A DNA stretch of 10,968 nucleotides from Elusimicrobiota bacterium (GTDB lineage Bacteria; Elusimicrobiota; UBA8919): NCBI GenBank assembly GCA_043816185.1, contig JBDRIG010000102.1, positions 1-10,968 of the forward strand. Reading direction: 5' to 3'. A model generated the notes under the pieces. That model saw nothing but the letters and a program-made list of their open reading frames with translations, was not told the origin of the DNA and ran no database searches. Positions within the stretch are counted from its first letter, which is position 1. Every line of letters begins with the position of its first letter. This document shows, in pieces, positions 7,933 to 10,968 of the stretch. Position numbers and translations under genes: made by a program.

Positions 7933-8946
7933 TTATTTGTTCGACAATAATTTCGCACATATTTCAGGTAATAAAGGTTGGATATAGTAACCAGAGCCCC
8001 ATTCAAAGCCTGTAATTTCACTGATTTGTGGATATATTTCAATATGCCAGTGAAAATCAATATGAATAGTTTTCCAGTATCCTGGTTTCTGTCTCATATA
8101 TGGTATTGTGTGGAGAATATAATTTAGTGGCGGATCATTTAAAACTGTAGAAATTTTGGAAAGAGAAATTTTTAATATCTGCGCAAAATTTTTTAGCGAC
8201 GAATCACTTTCTAGACTAAAATCTGCATTATGTTTTTTAGGCATAATCAAAAGTTCAAATGGAAATTTGGTTGCAAATGGAACAAAGGATATATAGTCAG
8301 GATTTTCCTCAACGATACGTTTTTTGTCTTTTTGTTCTTGACGAATTATATCGCAAAAAAGACATCTTTCCTTATAAGAGTAATAATCTCTTGCAGAAAT
8401 AAGTTCGTCTTTTATTATTTTGGGGGTTAATGGAAGTGCGGCAAGTTGTGAATGTGTATGTCCAAATCTTTCAGACGATTTTGGTCTTTGGTTCTTGAAT
8501 ATCAACGCATATCGTAATCGTTTATCGTTGCCAAGATCTTTTAATCTTGTTTGATAAACTTTTAAAACAAGTAATATTTGTTCAACAGGAAGTTCGCATA
8601 AATTTTTTATGTGTTGCGGTGATTCTACTATAAGTTCGTGAGCACCAATATTGTTCATCATATCATATATTCCACGACCAATCTTACCAACATCACCTTC
8701 TATTTTAAATATGGCAGATTTTGACGGAATAACTCTTACTTGCCAACCGGGTGTGTTTGGGCGTGTATCAAATTTTCTTATTGAATATATTTCTGAAAGT
8801 GTTTTTGTCTCATTACCTTCGCAAAAAGAACATTCTTTTAATGATTCTTTGGATTTTGGATTTAATGCTGAAAAAAATTCTTCCTCGGTTTGAGTTCCCG
8901 TAATAATCCATCTCTGTGATATTAAATCCCGTCTTAATTCTGGCAT
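7933..8946 (-). CDS. GalT-like nucleotidylyltransferase (galactose-1-phosphate uridylyltransferase family), divergent
   Basis: Motifs MPELRRD, CSFCEGNE, GAHELIVESPQH, HTHSQ, CLFCDII, FHWHIEIYP and GFEWGSG. The start is placed at the ATG at 8946 because SD AGGAG lies at 8958-8954. Confidence 0.85.
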   Translation of the reverse strand: MPELRRDLISQRWIITGTQTEEEFFSALNPKSKESLKECSFCEGNETKTLSEIYSIRKFDTRPNTPGWQVRVIPSKSAIFKIEGDVGKIGRGIYDMMNNIGAHELIVESPQHIKNLCELPVEQILLVLKVYQTRLKDLGNDKRLRYALIFKNQRPKSSERFGHTHSQLAALPLTPKIIKDELISARDYYSYKERCLFCDIIRQEQKDKKRIVEENPDYISFVPFATKFPFELLIMPKKHNADFSLESDSSLKNFAQILKISLSKISTVLNDPPLNYILHTIPYMRQKPGYWKTIHIDFHWHIEIYPQISEITGFEWGSGYYIQPLLPEICAKLLSNK

Positions 8947-9027
8947 ATTTTTTCTCCTTTTCAATCAAAAACTATGAAAGCCAAGCCCCCATAATTTATC
9001 AACAAATCTACTATCATATTTACTAAT

Positions 9028-9798
9028 TCAATTTTTATTTGCTTCTATATGAGCCAATCGTAACGGTTCAGGAATGCGATATTTTGCTAGACACTTAAAA
9101 ACAATATCAGACGCTGTAACTAAATCAATTTTGTGCCCTTGTGAAATAAAAATAGGTTTTGTATATTTTTTTGAACGCATTACTATTCCTATTAAATTAC
9201 CCGCATCGTCTTTTAGAAAAGTATGAGCACCTTTTAGTGCTGGTGGTGGTTCTTCATAATCCCCGTAAAGACATGATTTCGCACAACCGATTGACGGTTT
9301 ATCGAGCAATACACCAAGGTGCGATGCGATACCAATCCATCTTGGATGGGCAATTCCTTGACCATCGAATAAAAAAACATCTGGCTTATTTTGTAATTTT
9401 TTTATTACCTCAATTAAAGCAGGTCCTTCTCTAAAAGAAAGGTAGTCTGGTATGTATGGAAATGCAATTTTTTTTCTATATTTGATTTTAATTTTTTCTA
9501 CAATTCTCAATGTTTCAATATCAAGAACTACGACCGCTGCGGTCGCTGCAAAAAAATTGTTTTCGTTTTTCGAATTCCGTTTTTGCATATTATTTTTTGA
9601 ACCTCGTTCTTGCACACAAAAGTTGGGTAAATACGAAACATAGCAACCAGCAATAGTTTTAATATCCGAGATATCCTTAAAATCATTTTTGAGAATTACT
9701 TTTGCTGACAAATTTCGCTGAATAATTTTTGCCCGTCCGACAAGATTTGATAGGATGGCTTGTCCAATATTATTCGGTGTTTCAAATTTATTCTTCAT
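9028..9798 (-). CDS. nfi: Endonuclease V family protein with an Asp-to-Tyr change at the first catalytic position
   Basis: Motifs FPYIP.YLSFRE, FDGQGIAHPR..GIASHLG, IGCAKS, PIFISQGH and YRIPEPLRLAH. The ATG at 9798 overlaps the upstream TGA (ATGA). Confidence 0.9.
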   Translation of the reverse strand: MKNKFETPNNIGQAILSNLVGRAKIIQRNLSAKVILKNDFKDISDIKTIAGCYVSYLPNFCVQERGSKNNMQKRNSKNENNFFAATAAVVVLDIETLRIVEKIKIKYRKKIAFPYIPDYLSFREGPALIEVIKKLQNKPDVFLFDGQGIAHPRWIGIASHLGVLLDKPSIGCAKSCLYGDYEEPPPALKGAHTFLKDDAGNLIGIVMRSKKYTKPIFISQGHKIDLVTASDIVFKCLAKYRIPEPLRLAHIEANKN

Positions 9799-10679
9799 AA
9801 TTCCTGACGCCAACCATTTACAAGTCCAAATTCATCCGCCCAATCCAGTACTTGCTGATACTCTTTGTCTGTTATTTTTTGTTGTAATTCTGGAAAATTA
9901 TTAGTTTTGTTTGTCGGCTGAAGACGAGGTTCATCGAAGGCAGCAGGATGATACTGTGCCATAATTGAAATATGCATTTTCGGTGAAATTTCTTTTGTGA
10001 TAAATTCAAATATCTTTCGACTTCCCGCAATATTTTTTGGAAGGACCAAGTGTCTTATAAGAAGTCCTTTAATCGCTATACCATTTTCTATTTGTAAATT
10101 GCCAACCTGCCTATACATTTCTTTAAGTGCGAGTTTATTTATTTCAAAATAATTTTTTGCATCGGAATATTTTTCTGCCACAATATCATCGGAATATTTT
10201 GCATCAGGCATATAAATGCTAATGAAATTTTCCAATAATTTTAATGTTTCCACTTTTTCATATCCACTGGAATTATAGACAATAGGAATTTTAAGCCCTC
10301 TATTTTTTGCTATAATTATTGCTTCAATTATTTGTGGAACTACGTGTGTTGGTGTAACTAAATTAATATTGTTAACATTTTGATTTTGCAAAGCTATCAT
10401 TATCTCGGCAAGTTTGGAAACCGTAATTTCATTGCCATTATGAAGTTGAGATATTGGATAATTTTGACAAAAAATGCACCTTAAATTACATCCTGTAAAA
10501 AATATTGTGCCAGAACCATTTGTTTTAGAAATTGGTGGTTCTTCCCCGAAATGTAGATTGTGTGCTGATATTTTTGGATTTTTTCCGATTTTACAAAAAC
10601 CCAGTTCATTTTTAAGACGGTTAATATTGCAATTTCTTGGACAAATGGAGCATTTTTCAAGAAGGGCAGAATAGTTCAT
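9795..10679 (-). CDS. Radical SAM protein, PflX/COG1313-type (PFL-activase-like)
   Basis: 294 aa. N-terminal CSICPRNC..NR, HFGEEPPIS, GSGTIFFTG-CNLRCIFC-QN (CxxxCxxC), NINLVTPTH, YMPDAKY and IRHLVLP. Confidence 0.9.
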   Translation of the reverse strand: MNYSALLEKCSICPRNCNINRLKNELGFCKIGKNPKISAHNLHFGEEPPISKTNGSGTIFFTGCNLRCIFCQNYPISQLHNGNEITVSKLAEIMIALQNQNVNNINLVTPTHVVPQIIEAIIIAKNRGLKIPIVYNSSGYEKVETLKLLENFISIYMPDAKYSDDIVAEKYSDAKNYFEINKLALKEMYRQVGNLQIENGIAIKGLLIRHLVLPKNIAGSRKIFEFITKEISPKMHISIMAQYHPAAFDEPRLQPTNKTNNFPELQQKITDKEYQQVLDWADEFGLVNGWRQEL

Positions 10680-10757
10680 TTTGTTTCATGTATTTTTACG
10701 TCATTAACACCACTTCGTTAGGTAACTCATTTACTGACAATCTATTTTATGTTCATG

Positions 10758-10845
10758 ATCGTTGCGAGAGTCAATTTATCGACTCGTGGCAATCTCTGTG
10801 TTGAAGACAAATCGAGATCGCTTCGGGCTTCGCCATCGCAATGGT
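10758..10845. repeat. Branched palindromic (REP/RPE-like) element
   Basis: The outer stem ATCGTTGCGA / TCGCAATGGT pairs fully with two G-U pairs. Inner hairpins are GAGTC/GACTC, GCAATCTC/GAGATCGC and GGC-TTC-GCC. Confidence 0.75.
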
Positions 10846-10935
10846 ATAATGGAAAAGCAAGCTTCCTTCCGGGGAGGTCATAAAGTAACGCATAAAAGCG
10901 CAGACCTTTTGTGATCTTTTCAAACGATCAAAAGT

Positions 10936-10954
10936 GGTGTATAATATATACACC
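10936..10954. promoter_or_regulatory. Perfect palindrome GGTGTATA-ATA-TATACACC overlapping a plus-strand TATAAT; possible operator
   Basis: 8-bp perfect arms with a 3-nt centre. TATAAT lies at 10940-10945. Confidence 0.35.
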
Positions 10955-10968
10955 GGACTTTAACCCCG

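Noticed and set aside
8947..8964. Upstream TTG start for the GalT-like gene given in the ORF track
   Set aside because: This stretch contains the SD (AGGAG) for the ATG at 8946, and MPELR is the typical family start.
9598..9933. Inverted 10-mer TGAACCTCGT / ACGAGGTTCA shared by the nfi and radical SAM inserts
   Set aside because: Ten-base matches are expected by chance in 11 kb, so this is not enough to claim a common origin.
289..10674. Remaining short ORFs nested in or antisense to the large genes
   Set aside because: They are alternative-frame or antisense by-products of well-supported CDSs, with no independent evidence.
10909..10926. CRP/Rex-like site TTGTGATCTTTTCAAA
   Set aside because: The half-site spacing is one base short of either consensus and the right half is mismatched.
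10771..10953. 60-aa minus-strand ORF
   Set aside because: It runs through the palindromic element, with no SD or recognisable domain.

Overview
AT-rich bacterial window with eight complete genes, all on the minus strand. In transcription order they encode a PflX-type radical SAM protein, endonuclease V (nfi), a GalT-like protein, a stand-alone NAD(P)HX epimerase (nnrE), an active and an inactive M16B peptidase, a FAD-dependent oxidoreductase and an OppA/AppA-type peptide-binding lipoprotein. The 5' end of an IS481-family-like transposase runs off the left edge. The intergenic spacers hold GTCATT...AATGAC-type palindromic repeats, a 123-bp MITE-like element with 19-bp perfect inverted ends, and short direct repeats. 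Main oddities: (1) EndoV has Tyr (TAT) at its first catalytic Asp; (2) the adjacent GalT-like protein keeps its His nucleophile but has lost several substrate-binding motifs; (3) several genes carry in-frame micro-duplications or repeat-like inserts, including a 10 x 12-nt Asn-periodic linker in the lipoprotein. No CRISPR array, tRNA or rRNA was seen. All family assignments come from motif recognition by eye, not from database searches.
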